64,000 nt of DNA from Deltaproteobacteria bacterium (GCA_038133845.1 JAYPUA010000014.1:1471-65470), one strand, 5' to 3'. Shown: positions 1 to 16,705, counted from the first letter of the stretch. Translations and numbers: made by a program. The notes: generated by a model not told the origin, from the letters alone.

Positions 1-56
1 CGGGGCGGTGAGTTGGGCATCTTGGACGTTCTGATCCTTGCAATTCCTCAGGGTTT

Positions 57-623
57 GTGTCCGTCTATTGGATATCTCACTCTCTTGGGAGACACAAGCA
101 AGTGCCGGTAGAAGAAATAGACAGAATGTTGGAGTTGCATCGACTTTGGGTAGAAAGCGAGCGGGTCGAAGGGGAGCAGGCGAAGCTGGCCCAGATGGAC
201 CTGACCGGGGTTGACCTGGCTGGAGCGTTGCTCTGGGGAGCGGATCTGGAAGAGGTGAGCCTGGAGGGCGCCAACCTGGAGCGGACGATCTTTCAGCATG
301 CGAACCTCAGCGGGGCCAACTTGCGTGGGGCCAACCTGGAGCGGGCCAACCTGTGGGGCGCGTACTTGATGAAGGCGAACCTACGGGAGTGCCGAATGGG
401 AAGGGTGCAGGCAAAGTTTGCAGACTTTAGCGGTGCCGATTTGACCAACGCCGACTTGCGACGCGCGAACCTGTGGGGCGTCAATCTCAGCCAGGCGACG
501 GTTGCACATCCGGATCACGAACCTCTTCGCTTCGTCGGAACCAACCTGCAGATGGCGACTTGGACCGATGGCCGCAAGTGTCAGCGCGGATCCGTCGGAC
601 GCTGCATCTGGGAAGCGCCTTAA
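57..623 (+). CDS. Pentapeptide repeat protein
   Basis: Repeated A(N/D)LxG units (ANLSGANLRGANLERANLWGA); typical N-terminal LELHRLW segment; C-terminal TWTDGRKC...GRC. Start uncertain. Confidence 0.85.
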   Translation: MSVYWISHSLGRHKQVPVEEIDRMLELHRLWVESERVEGEQAKLAQMDLTGVDLAGALLWGADLEEVSLEGANLERTIFQHANLSGANLRGANLERANLWGAYLMKANLRECRMGRVQAKFADFSGADLTNADLRRANLWGVNLSQATVAHPDHEPLRFVGTNLQMATWTDGRKCQRGSVGRCIWEAP

Positions 624-955
624 AACGTCCCGGACATCCCTTCCTTGAGCCGCGTGCGTCCTTCGGCAAAGCCAATGGCCCGGTAGGCGGCCTGCTTGGC
701 CTGTTCACAACGCTCGCATTCACATCCTACACCATCCTCATGAAGTGCCGCCTCCACAGAGAGCAGCAGCTCCTTGAGCGCATCATAAAGCATCGGTGCG
801 GCAGTGATCAGGTGCGCATCCGGAGCCATGGCGTCTTCGTCACGGTTTTGAACTGCGGCGACCTTTTCCCCTTCCGAGGAGTACACCACGAACTCTCCCG
901 GAGTGCCGTGATGGTATTTCTCCTGCCAGGGAGTCGTGGATGTGGAAAGGGTCAT
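620..955 (-). CDS. Small hypothetical protein with phage-type TP(G)PW...A(R)LIAAAP-like motif
   Basis: ATG overlaps the methyltransferase stop (ATGA); sequence TTPW...DAHLITAAPMLYDALKELL...AYRAIGFAEG. Confidence 0.7.
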   Translation of the reverse strand: MTLSTSTTPWQEKYHHGTPGEFVVYSSEGEKVAAVQNRDEDAMAPDAHLITAAPMLYDALKELLLSVEAALHEDGVGCECERCEQAKQAAYRAIGFAEGRTRLKEGMSGTF

Positions 956-1827
956 GCGCTCTCCTGATGACGATAGACAAGCAGCCGGTAGGTCTTGAAA
1001 CGGAAGAACTGGGCACCGTTGGTGTTCCCGGAGAGGTACTTCCGGTGGGCCTGAGAGATCTTCCTCTCAAAGACTTTGCTGAACCCTGCAGAAAACCGGG
1101 GGTAGTTGCTCCGGAAGTAGTAGGAGAACGCATGCCAAGTGGGGGCAATCAACTCCTGAATCAGGTCCCGCATGATGTCCAGAGAAGGCGCGGTCTCCCG
1201 GGTGATCTCCATCTCATGGACCTGCACGAAGGGCTGGCTGTTGATGAAGGTCTGGAAGCGTTGCCAACCGTGTCCCCCGCTGATCGGGCTCTTTTCGCCA
1301 GGAGCAAAGGGCTGCCCATCTGGGGCCTCGTCCCGCTTGAAGAAGTCACAGATCAGCAGCGCTCCGTTCGGGTTGAGCAAGGTCCGGGCGACCTCGAACG
1401 CCCTTTCGAGCAGCAGGTACTGAAAGCTCTCGCTGAAGAGCAGCAGGTCATAGCGTTTGTGGGTTTCCAGGTCTTCAAAGCGACACTCAAACACATGGGC
1501 CCGATCGCCCAGGCGCTTGCGGGCATGCTCGGTGAGCTTCGGGCTTGGAGAAACACAGTCCACGGTGTACCCGCGCTCAACCAGAACCTCGGCAAACTTT
1601 CCGGAACCGCAGCCCACATCAAGGATGCTCTGGACGCCTTCCGGAATATGCTGCAAGAGCAGGTTTGCATAGTTTTCCTGAGCCTGCCGCACATTGGCCG
1701 GGAGTACCTCCAGGCCTTCCGGCCAGTAGCCGTAGTGCAGGTAGTCTGTACGGTAGACGTGTCGGGCGAAGGCCAGACCGATGTCCAGACCGATTTCCTT
1801 GAGTTCAACCTTGTGTTGCAGTTTCAC
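952..1827 (-). CDS. Class I SAM-dependent methyltransferase
   Basis: YLHYGYW motif and motif I ILDVGCGSG; resembles sterol/tocopherol-type methyltransferases. Confidence 0.85.
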   Translation of the reverse strand: MKLQHKVELKEIGLDIGLAFARHVYRTDYLHYGYWPEGLEVLPANVRQAQENYANLLLQHIPEGVQSILDVGCGSGKFAEVLVERGYTVDCVSPSPKLTEHARKRLGDRAHVFECRFEDLETHKRYDLLLFSESFQYLLLERAFEVARTLLNPNGALLICDFFKRDEAPDGQPFAPGEKSPISGGHGWQRFQTFINSQPFVQVHEMEITRETAPSLDIMRDLIQELIAPTWHAFSYYFRSNYPRFSAGFSKVFERKISQAHRKYLSGNTNGAQFFRFKTYRLLVYRHQESA

Positions 1828-1867
1828 GGGCGGTCCCTGAGGAGGAAGGAGGTTCTCGGTTCCGGAG

Positions 1868-1894
1868 GAGGCGAGGGCCGGAAGCCCTCGTCTC
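1868..1894 (-). other. Intergenic stem-loop after gap, with no U-tract
   Basis: GAGGCGAGGGC-CGGAA-GCCCTCGTCTC inverted repeat just downstream of the gap stop; may stabilise or process mRNA. Confidence 0.5.
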
Positions 1895-1900
1895 GGAAGC

Positions 1901-3001
<1,101 letters not shown>

Positions 3002-3036
3002 TCAGCTGCTTTCCATGAAGCGAGCCCGGCGCCAAG

Positions 3037-3714
3037 TCAGGATGCGTTGCGTTTCGTAGTCCAGGTGTTGGTACCGTCCGAAACAATCAACGTGGTGCAC
3101 AAGTTGATAAAGAGCCCGTTCTCTACCACGCCAGGGATCAAGTTCAATTGAGCCTCCAGCCGCTCCGGATCTTCGATAGCTCCGAAGTGACAGTCCAGGA
3201 TGACATTCTCTTGATCCGTGACTACAGGCTTCCCCCCGGACTCCCGGAACACAGGGTTTCCGCCGAGGTCCGCAATTTTTCGGGCAACCAGCGGCCAACT
3301 GAACGGAATCACCTCAACGGGCAGAGGAAAGGCTCCCAGGCGAGAGACCTCCTTGCTGGCGTCCACCACGATGATTTCTTCCGTGGAAGCCGAGGCGACG
3401 ATCTTCTCCCAAAGCAGCGCCGCACCACCTCCCTTGATCAACTGGAGTTGAGGGTTCACCTCATCTGCGCCGTCAATGGTCAGGTCCACTGTGGTTGTCT
3501 GATGAAAGTCAATCAGTTCGATGCCTTCTTCAATCGCAAGATCCCGGGTTGCACGAGACGTGGGAATCCCCTGAATCCGCAGGCCTGCGCGCACCCGGAC
3601 TCCAAGCTGCCGAACAGCTTCCGCCGCAGTTGAACCAGTGCCCAGCCCGACGACCATTCCGGACTGGATTTGCTCCACAGCTGCCCGTGCTGCCAGCCGT
3701 TTGGCCTCACTCAT
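3037..3714 (-). CDS. rpiA: Ribose-5-phosphate isomerase A
   Basis: GLGTGST, DGADEV, LIKGGG and IPGVVENGLF motifs. Confidence 0.97.
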   Translation of the reverse strand: MSEAKRLAARAAVEQIQSGMVVGLGTGSTAAEAVRQLGVRVRAGLRIQGIPTSRATRDLAIEEGIELIDFHQTTTVDLTIDGADEVNPQLQLIKGGGAALLWEKIVASASTEEIIVVDASKEVSRLGAFPLPVEVIPFSWPLVARKIADLGGNPVFRESGGKPVVTDQENVILDCHFGAIEDPERLEAQLNLIPGVVENGLFINLCTTLIVSDGTNTWTTKRNAS

Positions 3715-5762
3715 GCGTCGCTTTGCTCATCATCCAGTGGTTGTTCTTCCAAAAGGGCCAGAACGTCCTCCACAATCCGGTCGGTGGTCAGTTCGTAGTG
3801 AGCAAACAGCTCGTCTCCCGGAGCGGACATGCCAAACTCGTCGATCCCGATCACGTGATCGGCGTATTGATACCAAGGACGTGTGACTCCAGCTTCGACG
3901 ACCACCAGATAAGCGGAGAGTGGGAGGACGCCTAGCTGATAGTCCAGGCTCTGCTTCTCGAAGCGTTCCAGGCAGGGCATCGAAACGTGCCGCACCGCCA
4001 GGCCCTCCTGAGAAAGACGTTCACAGGCCTCCTGCGTGATGCCGCCTTCCGAACCGGTGGAGATCAGGATGACCTCCGGATCGTCGCCATAGTTGCGGAC
4101 GATGTACCCGCCGCTGGCAACTTCATACGGATCAAACCCGTTGCTACGGTTGAGGATTGCGGTCTTTTGACGGGTGAGCAGAATCGCGCTTGGGTGCGTT
4201 TGACTTCCTTCCTGCTCCAGCATGCAGGCCCAGGCCGCAGCAGTCTCCAGACCATCGGCTGGTCGCCAGACTTCCAGCCCCGGGATCAGACGCAAGGCCC
4301 AGTGCTGCTCAATGGGCTGGTGCGTCGGACCATCCTCTCCGACGCCTATGGAGTCGTGAGTAAAGACGAAGACGCTAGGCAGGTGCGAGAGCGAGGCCAG
4401 GCGCAAGGTAGGGCGCATGTAGTCGGAGAAGACCTCGAAGGTGCCGCAGTAGGGCAGCCACCCTCCAAACAGGGCCATTCCGTTGACGATGCCTCCCATC
4501 CCGTGCTCACGGATGCCGAAGTGAATGTTGCGGCCGGCGAAAGCGGGGTCTGGAAGCGTCAGGTCGGAAACGCTTGCCGGGCGGATGCTCTCGGCACTCT
4601 TGAGCAGCGTCTTGTTGCTTGGCTCCAGGTCCGCAGAACCTCCCACCAGCGCGGGCACAAGCTCGGCGATCTTTTGAAGCACCGCTCCGGAGAGGTTGCG
4701 TGTGGCGTCGGCTTTCTCGCCGACTGCTTCGACCAGCGCGTCTAGCAGGTCCTCCGGAATCGTCCGCTCCCAGTGCGCGTCCCAGAGTTGGGCCGCGTCC
4801 GGATTCTGCCTGGCCCACGTGCGGAAGGCTTCCTGCCAGGCGTCATACTCTTCTTGGTTGGCCTGTGCCCGGAGCGCAAACACGTCCCGGACCTCATTCG
4901 GTACATGAAAGGCCTCCGCAGGCCAGCCGACGAGTTCCTTGGCTGCCTGAATCTCATCGGCACCGAGCGGGGCTCCATGCGAGTCGGAGGTGTCTGCCTT
5001 GGAGGGGGCTCCCTTGCCAATGGTTGTCCGGGCCAGCACCAGAGAGGGCTGCATGGTGTTGGAGGTCGCCGACTCCAGCGCTGCAGCGATGCCTTCCGGA
5101 TCATGACCATCACACTCGATGGTGTGCCATCCGTAGGCTTCAAAACGCTGTCGAACGTTCTCGCTCATCGAGACGCTGGCGCGCCCTCCGATGGTGATGT
5201 CGTTACAGTCGTAAAGTGCGACCAGGTTCCCCAGCTTGAGGTGTCCTGCCAGCGAGGCAGCTTCGGAGGCGACGCCTTCCTGCAAATCTCCATCGCTACA
5301 GAGGACAAAGGTCCGAGCCGTGACCAAGGGGGCCTGCTGGTTGAATCGAGCGGCGAGCATCCGGGCGGCGAGGGCCATGCCGACTCCGTTGCTGAAACCG
5401 GCACCAAGAGGCCCGGTTGTACACTCGACCCCCGGGGTCAGTCCCGCCTCCGGATGTCCGGGAGTGATGCTGCCTTTTTGCCGAAACTGCTGCAGATCCT
5501 CCAGCGAAACCTCATAGCCACTCAGGTGCAGCATGGAGTAGAGCAGCATGGAGGCGTGCCCGGCAGAGAGCACAAAGCGGTCCCGATTCGGCCACTGAGG
5601 GTCTTGAGGTTGGTAGCGCAGGAAGCGGGTCCAGAGCACAGTGGCCAGGTCGGCCATGCCCATCGGCGCTCCGGGGTGTCCGGAGTTGGCCTTTTGCACC
5701 GCATCAGCGGCCAGGAAGCGGATGGTGTTGGCGCACAGGTTGTGTTGTTCAGGTGTCAACAT
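3711..5762 (-). CDS. tkt: Transketolase
   Basis: ANSGHPG, RDRFVLSAGH, TTGPLG, SDGDLQEG, GEDGPTHQP. Confidence 0.98.
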   Translation of the reverse strand: MLTPEQHNLCANTIRFLAADAVQKANSGHPGAPMGMADLATVLWTRFLRYQPQDPQWPNRDRFVLSAGHASMLLYSMLHLSGYEVSLEDLQQFRQKGSITPGHPEAGLTPGVECTTGPLGAGFSNGVGMALAARMLAARFNQQAPLVTARTFVLCSDGDLQEGVASEAASLAGHLKLGNLVALYDCNDITIGGRASVSMSENVRQRFEAYGWHTIECDGHDPEGIAAALESATSNTMQPSLVLARTTIGKGAPSKADTSDSHGAPLGADEIQAAKELVGWPAEAFHVPNEVRDVFALRAQANQEEYDAWQEAFRTWARQNPDAAQLWDAHWERTIPEDLLDALVEAVGEKADATRNLSGAVLQKIAELVPALVGGSADLEPSNKTLLKSAESIRPASVSDLTLPDPAFAGRNIHFGIREHGMGGIVNGMALFGGWLPYCGTFEVFSDYMRPTLRLASLSHLPSVFVFTHDSIGVGEDGPTHQPIEQHWALRLIPGLEVWRPADGLETAAAWACMLEQEGSQTHPSAILLTRQKTAILNRSNGFDPYEVASGGYIVRNYGDDPEVILISTGSEGGITQEACERLSQEGLAVRHVSMPCLERFEKQSLDYQLGVLPLSAYLVVVEAGVTRPWYQYADHVIGIDEFGMSAPGDELFAHYELTTDRIVEDVLALLEEQPLDDEQSDA

Positions 5763-5784
5763 GGGCTGTTTCGGGAGTCCGATG

Positions 5785-6228
5785 TCATGTGGAAGAGAGT
5801 TGTGTCAACTCGATGTCATCTTGCAGGCGCCGGAAATCTGGCGGAATTTCAGGGCGTCCAGAGGCATTGAGTACCGTGCCGGTCACCCGCGCCCAAGCAA
5901 AGGGCCGGGGCCGGCTCAACGGTTTGAGGGTCTGCACGAATGTGAAGCGAACCCGGGTCACGGCCTCGACGGCCAGGGTCACGAGGAAGCGGTCCCGGCT
6001 TCTCAAAGAGTGAAGAAAAGCCAGATCGATCTTGGTGACAACTGGACTGAATCCGCGGCTCCAGAGGTCGTCCAACGAAATCCCACGTGCGTGCAGGTAC
6101 TCATGCCGAGCATGCTCGAGGTAGTTTTGGTACACGGCATTGTTCACTACCCCAAAGCGATCCAACTCGTAATCCCGGACCTCCAGCTCCAGCGTGAAGC
6201 ACGGCCTTGGCTCCGGGAATCGAGGCAT
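5785..6228 (-). CDS. Acyl-CoA thioesterase (4HBT/YbgC/FadM hotdog family)
   Basis: VRDYELDRFGVVNNAVYQNYLEHAR motif. Confidence 0.88.
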   Translation of the reverse strand: MPRFPEPRPCFTLELEVRDYELDRFGVVNNAVYQNYLEHARHEYLHARGISLDDLWSRGFSPVVTKIDLAFLHSLRSRDRFLVTLAVEAVTRVRFTFVQTLKPLSRPRPFAWARVTGTVLNASGRPEIPPDFRRLQDDIELTQLSST

Positions 6229-6231
6229 GCC

Positions 6232-10488
<4,257 letters not shown>

Positions 10489-10589
10489 CGCTTCTCCTTG
10501 TAAATCAGCTAAATCTTCCCGGAACCTGCCGGCGTCTTACAAAAATCGAGATACTCTCCCGGAGGCGTTTTGCTCCGAGAGAGCCTGAA

Positions 10590-13500
10590 TCACTGATCGG
10601 CAACCGCTTCCTCAGCCTCTGTCGTAGCCGTGCTTGCCTTCGCCGCAGATCCCTCTTCCTCCTCCTCTTCCTGTACCTCCTGAAGCAGTTCGATGTTCAG
10701 ACACAGGCTCTTGAGTTCACTGATGAGGACCTTGAAGGATTCCGGAATTCCGGTATCGCTGGTGTGCTTGCCCTTGACGATGTGCTCGTAGATTTTGTTT
10801 CGTCCTTGCACGTCGTCGGACTTGACGGTCAGCAGTTCGCGGAGCGTGTGGGCTGCGCCGTAGGCTTCCAGCGCCCAGACCTCCATCTCGCCGAAACGCT
10901 GCCCTCCAAACTGGGCCTTGCCGCCGAGAGGTTGCTGGGTCACCAGGCTGTAGGGACCGATGGAGCGAGCGTGAATCTTCTCGTCCACCAGGTGGTGAAG
11001 CTTCATGATGTAGGCGTAGCCGACGGTGACCTTTTGCTCAAAGCGCTCCCCGGTACGTCCGTCATAGAGCCAGACCTGTCCAGACTTGGGCAGGTTGGCG
11101 AGTTCGGCCATCCGGTGAATGTCCGGCTCCTGGGCTCCATCAAAGACCGGAGTGGCCATCGGGATGCCATGTTGGTGTCTTCGGGCGAAGTCGATCACCT
11201 GCTCGTCAGGCATCTGTGCAAAGTGAGCATCGACCTGCTCGCTCTCATAGACCTTGGAGAAGAACCCTCGCAGGTCTTGAGCAGCCTCGGCACGAGAGCT
11301 TTCCAAGGCCTCTTGAATCTTTTTGCCAAGCCCGGAGGCCACACGTCCCAGGTGGGTCTCCAGGACCTGCCCGATGTTCATTCGGCTGGGAACTCCCAGG
11401 GGGTTGAGGACGATGTCCACCGGGGTGCCATCCTCCAGGTAGGGCATGTTCTCCGCAGGCTGGATAGTACTCACGACCCCTTTGTTTCCGTGACGCCCGG
11501 CCATCTTGTCGCCCACGCTGAGCTTGCGCTTGGTGGCGATGTAGACCTTGACCATCCGAATTACCCCCGGAGGCAGGTCATCTCCTTTGGAGACCTTCTC
11601 GCACTTGTCCTGGAAGAGGTTCTCGAGCAGATACATCTGCTGTAGCGCGTTCCGGACAAGCGTGGCGACCTGAGTCTGGATGTTGTCCTTCCCAGAGTCG
11701 TCAACCTCCACCTGGTCCCAGCAACGCAGAGGAATGCCCTTGAGCAGCTCCTCTCCGGCCTCGTCTCCTCGGCGAGCCAGCGTTTCCCCTTGGAGGTCGG
11801 CGACCTCTCGGGCCAGCTTGCGTCCAGAGGCAAGCAGGGCGACACGTCGGGCCAGGTTGGTCTGGACGATCCTCAGCTCGTCCCGGTGGTCCTTCTCGAG
11901 GCGGGCGAGTGTCTCCGACTCGATCTGTCGAGTACGTTCGTCCCGCTCCACGCCTTCGCGGTTGAAGACGACGACATCGGTCACAACGCCCTCCATGCCC
12001 TGAGGCACCCGGAGTGACGTGTCGCGCACGTCTCCGGCCTTCTCCCCAAAGATGGCACGCAGGAGCTTCTCCTCCGGATTGAGCTGGGTCTCGCCTTTGG
12101 GAGTGACCTTGCCCACCAGGATGTCACCGGTCCGGACGTAGGTTCCGATCCGGATGATGCCGCTCTCGTCCATGTTCCGCAGAGCCTCTTCGCTGACGTT
12201 GGGGAGGTCGCGGGTGATCTCCTCTTTCCCCAGCTTGGTGTCGCGTGCCACGGTGTCGAGAACGTCAATGTGGATCGAGGTGTAGACGTCTTCGCTCAGG
12301 ACTCGCTGGGAGACCATGATCGAGTCCTCGAAGTTGTATCCGTTCCACGGCATGAAGGCGATGAGCACGTTCTGCCCCAGCGCCAACTCTCCGCTCTCCG
12401 TGCTCGCTCCATCGGCGATCACGTCTCCGGCCTTGATCACGTCTCCCTTGCGCACAATTGGGCGCTGAGTGATGACGGTGTTCTGGTTGCTTCGGCGGTA
12501 CTTCACCAAGTGGTAGATGTCCACGTTTGCCGGAACCACTCCGTCTTCTGCAGAGAGGTCTACCTCGGCCTGAATGACGATCCGGCCGGCATCGGCGCTA
12601 TCCACGATCCCGGAGCGCTTGGCGACCACGCAGGTCCCGGAATCCACGGCGGCCTGGTGCTCCACACCCGTTCCGACCAGCGGGGCCTGAGGCCGGACCA
12701 GCGGAACCCCCTGGCGCTGCATGTTGCTGCCCATCAGAGCCCGGTTGGCATCGTCATGTTCCAGGAACGGAATCAAGCTGGCAGCGACAGAGACCAACTG
12801 CGAGGGGGAGATGTCCATGTAGTCCACCTCGTTTCGAGGCATCGTACTGAACTCGCTCCCCATGCGCACGCTCACGAAGTCCTCGGTGAAGCTGCGCTGC
12901 TCATCCATGGGCGAGTTTGCCTGGGCGATCTTGTACAGGTCTTCATCAATGGCAGAGAGGTACTCGATCTGCTCGGTCACGACCCCATCTTCCACTTTGA
13001 GATACGGAGTTTCGATGAAGCCAAACTCGTTGATCCGTCCATAGGTTGCCAGCGAAGCGATCAGGCCGATGTTCGGACCTTCCGGAGTCTCGATGGGGCA
13101 GATGCGTCCGTAGTGCGAAGAGTGCACGTCCCGGACGTCAAAGCCTGCACGCTCACGAGTCAGACCTCCCGGGCCCAAGGCGCTGAGACGACGCTTGTGC
13201 GTGATCTCGGAGAGTGGATTGGTCTGGTCCATGAACTGGGAGAGCTGACTGGAGCCAAAGAACTCGTGGATCGCTCCGGCAACGGGCTTCGCGTTGACCA
13301 GATCGTGTAGCATCATGGTCTCTGCATCGTGCAGGGACATGCGCTCCTTGACGGTGCGCTCCATGCGGACGAGGCCGATGCGGAACTGTGTCTCCAGAAG
13401 TTCGCCAACACTCCGGACCCGGCGGTTCCCAAGGTGGTCGATGTCATCAACCTGACGTTTCGGGTTGCCCTCGCGGAGCTCCAGCAGATAGCGTACGGTC

Positions 13501-14822
13501 TCCACGATGTCGTTGACGGTCAAGACCTGCTGATCCAAGGAGTAGTCAAGCCCCAGCTTCTTGTTGATCTTCAGACGCCCGACTCGGCTGAGGCTGTAGC
13601 GGTCCTCCGTGAAGAAGAAGTTGCGGATCATCATCTCTGCGGCATCAAGCGTCGGTGGATCCCCTGGTTTCATGCGCTTGTACAGCTCAATCTTCGCCTG
13701 ATCCGGGCTTTGAACTTTGTCCGTGGCCAGGGTCTCATGCAGGGCAATGCCCACGCTCTGTGATCCGGTGAAGAGCACGGAGACGGAGTTGATGCCTCGG
13801 CTGAGCAAGGTTTGCAGCACCTCGGAGGTCAGCGGCATGTTGCACTCCGCAAGCACCTCCCCGTCCAAGGTGACATTCTTTGCCAGGATTCGTCCGTTTA
13901 CCTCGTCCCAGGTCAGCGGAACCTTGTTCACGCCTGCGGCCTCCAACTTGGAGATGACCCGCTTGTTCAGACGAGCGTTGGGCTTGACCAGCACCTCTCC
14001 CGTCTTGGGGTCGGTGATCGGGAGGAGGGTGCGCTGATCAAGCAGAGTCTCGGCGTTGAACTGCTTCCAGAAGCTCTGTGCGCCCAGGTCCTCTTCCGGG
14101 CTCAGGCCTTCCAACAGGATCTCTTCCGAGTCATAGAACTCTTCGAGGATCTGCTCTACGGTGAAACCCAATGCCTTGAGCAAGATCGTTGCGGGTAACT
14201 TGCGGCGACGGTCGATGCGGGCGTTGAGCAGGTCCTTGGAGTCAAATTCGAAATCCAGCCAGGAGCCCCGCTGTGGGATGAGCCGGGCGGAGTAGAGGAC
14301 CTTCCCGCTGGCTCCGCTCTTGCCCTTGTCGTGCGTGAAGAACACGCCGGGACTTTTGTGCATCTGGCTGACGATCACCCGCTCCGTTCCATTGATGATG
14401 AACGAGCCGGTAGGAGTCATCAGCGGAATCTCGCCGAGGTAGATGTCCTGTTCCTTGATCTCTCGGATGTGCTTTTGTCCGGAACCGTCATCTTTTTCCC
14501 AGACGATCAGGCGCAACGCGACGCGGATTGGGCAGGCGTAGGTGACGCCTCGGACCCGGCACTCCTCTACGTCGTACTTGGGATCTCCCAGGCGGTAGTG
14601 GACGTACTCGAGAGTGGACATGCCGCTGAAGTCGGAGATGGGAAAGACCGAGCGGAAGACCGCTTCGAGTCCATCCCGGCGGCGTTGGTCCGGAGGGACA
14701 TCTCTTTGCAAAAAGCGCTCGTAGGAATCCAGCTGAATGCGGAGCAGGTGCGGAACACCAATGGGCGGATTGATCTTTCCGAAGGAGCGCCGAATGCGAT
14801 GACGGTTTTGAAGTGAGGACAT
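10590..14822 (-). CDS. rpoB: DNA-directed RNA polymerase beta subunit
   Basis: [45 protein letters not shown]. Confidence 0.99.
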   Translation of the reverse strand: MSSLQNRHRIRRSFGKINPPIGVPHLLRIQLDSYERFLQRDVPPDQRRRDGLEAVFRSVFPISDFSGMSTLEYVHYRLGDPKYDVEECRVRGVTYACPIRVALRLIVWEKDDGSGQKHIREIKEQDIYLGEIPLMTPTGSFIINGTERVIVSQMHKSPGVFFTHDKGKSGASGKVLYSARLIPQRGSWLDFEFDSKDLLNARIDRRRKLPATILLKALGFTVEQILEEFYDSEEILLEGLSPEEDLGAQSFWKQFNAETLLDQRTLLPITDPKTGEVLVKPNARLNKRVISKLEAAGVNKVPLTWDEVNGRILAKNVTLDGEVLAECNMPLTSEVLQTLLSRGINSVSVLFTGSQSVGIALHETLATDKVQSPDQAKIELYKRMKPGDPPTLDAAEMMIRNFFFTEDRYSLSRVGRLKINKKLGLDYSLDQQVLTVNDIVETVRYLLELREGNPKRQVDDIDHLGNRRVRSVGELLETQFRIGLVRMERTVKERMSLHDAETMMLHDLVNAKPVAGAIHEFFGSSQLSQFMDQTNPLSEITHKRRLSALGPGGLTRERAGFDVRDVHSSHYGRICPIETPEGPNIGLIASLATYGRINEFGFIETPYLKVEDGVVTEQIEYLSAIDEDLYKIAQANSPMDEQRSFTEDFVSVRMGSEFSTMPRNEVDYMDISPSQLVSVAASLIPFLEHDDANRALMGSNMQRQGVPLVRPQAPLVGTGVEHQAAVDSGTCVVAKRSGIVDSADAGRIVIQAEVDLSAEDGVVPANVDIYHLVKYRRSNQNTVITQRPIVRKGDVIKAGDVIADGASTESGELALGQNVLIAFMPWNGYNFEDSIMVSQRVLSEDVYTSIHIDVLDTVARDTKLGKEEITRDLPNVSEEALRNMDESGIIRIGTYVRTGDILVGKVTPKGETQLNPEEKLLRAIFGEKAGDVRDTSLRVPQGMEGVVTDVVVFNREGVERDERTRQIESETLARLEKDHRDELRIVQTNLARRVALLASGRKLAREVADLQGETLARRGDEAGEELLKGIPLRCWDQVEVDDSGKDNIQTQVATLVRNALQQMYLLENLFQDKCEKVSKGDDLPPGVIRMVKVYIATKRKLSVGDKMAGRHGNKGVVSTIQPAENMPYLEDGTPVDIVLNPLGVPSRMNIGQVLETHLGRVASGLGKKIQEALESSRAEAAQDLRGFFSKVYESEQVDAHFAQMPDEQVIDFARRHQHGIPMATPVFDGAQEPDIHRMAELANLPKSGQVWLYDGRTGERFEQKVTVGYAYIMKLHHLVDEKIHARSIGPYSLVTQQPLGGKAQFGGQRFGEMEVWALEAYGAAHTLRELLTVKSDDVQGRNKIYEHIVKGKHTSDTGIPESFKVLISELKSLCLNIELLQEVQEEEEEEGSAAKASTATTEAEEAVADQ

Positions 14823-15189
14823 GGATCTTCCTGCGTTGGAGATGCGGTCAAAATCTCGTGAATGCCTGTTCCCAGAAACTGGCCAGACGAGCTAAAAACC
14901 AAAGGATTTTCCGTTACCGTGACAGTCTGTGTGGGGCTTGTGCCCCGAAGAACCGTACCTGAAAGCCGCTGAGGGGCGAGGTGAGGAGGGGCAGGACACC
15001 AGGGAAAGTGAGGGGTGCTTGCCGAGGTCGTGAAGCCTTATGGGCTTCCGGAAGAGTTGCGGTAAGGCGGGCGACAGTCCCTTGAAAGGTGCTGGCGAGG
15101 AAGGTGTTTGAAATCCTTGAGAGAGTTTCTTCACAGGGCGAGAAGAACGGACAGGAGGCACGGTGGCGAATAAAAACAACCAAACATAT

Positions 15190-15219
15190 ATCAATAAAAC
15201 ATCCGTCGACTCTTGTCAA
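15190..15219 (-). promoter_or_regulatory. Candidate sigma70 promoter for rpoBC
   Basis: Perfect TTGACA at 15219-15214 on the minus strand, followed by AT-rich TATTGATATAT; the -10 match is imperfect. Confidence 0.4.
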
Positions 15220-15261
15220 TGATCTTTTTTGTTTTTGCCTGATTTCCCCCCTCTGGAGGGT

Positions 15262-15756
15262 TCACAGGAGAGAGCGAGCAGAGGCGCTTCTTTGCTGGGC
15301 CTTGAGGATGGTTTGCTGAATGCGGGGGTCTTGCTGGAGGGTCTCGATGATCTGGTCGAGGTTTCGGTATTCGAGGTAACGGCAGAAGATGGAGAGGTAG
15401 AGGCGGTTGATACGGTGCTCCGGGTGAGGTGTGGCACTGAGTTCCACATCGACGATCCTGCGGGCCAGGTAGGGGATCAGCCATGGTTGACTCTCGATCT
15501 TCTTCCGGAAGGCCTCGAAGATCTCGTGGTTGAACACCTCGATCAAGGCTGTGGAGAATTCATCGCTCAGGTCTTCCGGATGAAAACCGTAATGCTCGCT
15601 CACCCGGTGCTTGAGGTGCTCCAGCATCCGCCCTTGCAGCATGTTGGTGAGCAAGTGCCCTACCGGACAGTGAGCGTCGATCTCATCCGGCAAGTCGCCG
15701 TCCAGTGAGGAGAGACACTCGTGCATCACCCGCGTGTACGGGCTGGGTTCAGTCAT
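15262..15756 (-). CDS. Hypothetical protein
   Basis: Protein-like helical composition; GGAGG upstream of ATG 15756; no recognised family. Confidence 0.7.
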   Translation of the reverse strand: MTEPSPYTRVMHECLSSLDGDLPDEIDAHCPVGHLLTNMLQGRMLEHLKHRVSEHYGFHPEDLSDEFSTALIEVFNHEIFEAFRKKIESQPWLIPYLARRIVDVELSATPHPEHRINRLYLSIFCRYLEYRNLDQIIETLQQDPRIQQTILKAQQRSASARSLL

Positions 15757-15862
15757 GTGGTGCTTCACCTCCAGAGCCTCTGAGGAAGCTCCGGGCTGAA
15801 AGAGTTGAGAAAGTTGGGGAAGGCGCCCCTCTCAAGAAACCTAAAAATCCCACGATGAATAA

Positions 15863-16702
15863 TCAAGCCTCTCGCACTGAAGATTCCTGGCAAGCAAGAA
15901 GCGTCCCGGAAATCGAGGGAAACTCTCGAGACTTCTCCTGAATGGCTTGAAGCTCTTCCGGGCTCCAACTCTGCTGCCTCCAACTCACCTGTAATGCGGC
16001 AGAGAGGGACTCGAGCAAGAGGGCCTCCAACTCATCCGGAGAACAGCGGCTCAGCCCCGCACAGGTTTCCAGCGAGTGCATCTCCCGACGGAGCGTTTCC
16101 TCCTGAGCATGGGGAAAGATCTGCAGCATCAACGGGACAGGGTCTTCCACTGGAATCGAACCATGCTGCAAGAAGACCCGCTGGGGCCCTTGAGACGTCC
16201 GGACCGAGCGGACCCGTTGGGCGTTTCCGATGAGCTTGCGGCCCTGGACCAGGATTTCGTAGGCCGAGGGGTCGGAGAAGCAGATGTGTGGCTCGCCAGA
16301 GTCCGAGGCTCGCTCGCTCTGGATCTCAGGGGCGAGCCCAAGATTTTGAAAAAATTGTTTAAATCCTTGAGCCAGAAAGCGGTAATTGTCCAGAACTCCT
16401 CCGGCAAACTGCGGATGAAGCACGGCTCCGGTGACAGAGTAGGTCAGGTCGCCTCCGTGCAACACGGCCTTCCCGCCGGTGACCCTCCGGATGACCGGGA
16501 TGCCGAGTGCTTGCAGGGCGGGGCTATCGAGCAGATCGTCGAGTGGCTCATTGCGCCCCAGGGAAAGGGTTGGCCGAGTCCAGCGATAAAGGCGCAGAGT
16601 GGGAGGCGTCTCGGGAGTGCAGGCTTCCAGCAGCACGGAATCGGCGGCCATGTTGAAGCTTCCCGGACGCCGCCCATCCCGGATCAACCTCCACTCCCGC
16701 AA
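15863..16702 (-). CDS. Lipoate-protein ligase / octanoyltransferase (LplA/LipM family)
   Basis: NMAAD, TLRLYRW, RRVTGGKAVLH, GRKLIGNAQ, LQHGSI. Confidence 0.92.
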   Translation of the reverse strand: MREWRLIRDGRRPGSFNMAADSVLLEACTPETPPTLRLYRWTRPTLSLGRNEPLDDLLDSPALQALGIPVIRRVTGGKAVLHGGDLTYSVTGAVLHPQFAGGVLDNYRFLAQGFKQFFQNLGLAPEIQSERASDSGEPHICFSDPSAYEILVQGRKLIGNAQRVRSVRTSQGPQRVFLQHGSIPVEDPVPLMLQIFPHAQEETLRREMHSLETCAGLSRCSPDELEALLLESLSAALQVSWRQQSWSPEELQAIQEKSREFPSISGTLLACQESSVREA

Positions 16703-16705
16703 GGC

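Noticed and set aside
13150-13260. Rifampicin-resistance substitutions in RpoB
   Set aside because: Cluster I reads as the sensitive consensus ([22 protein letters not shown]).
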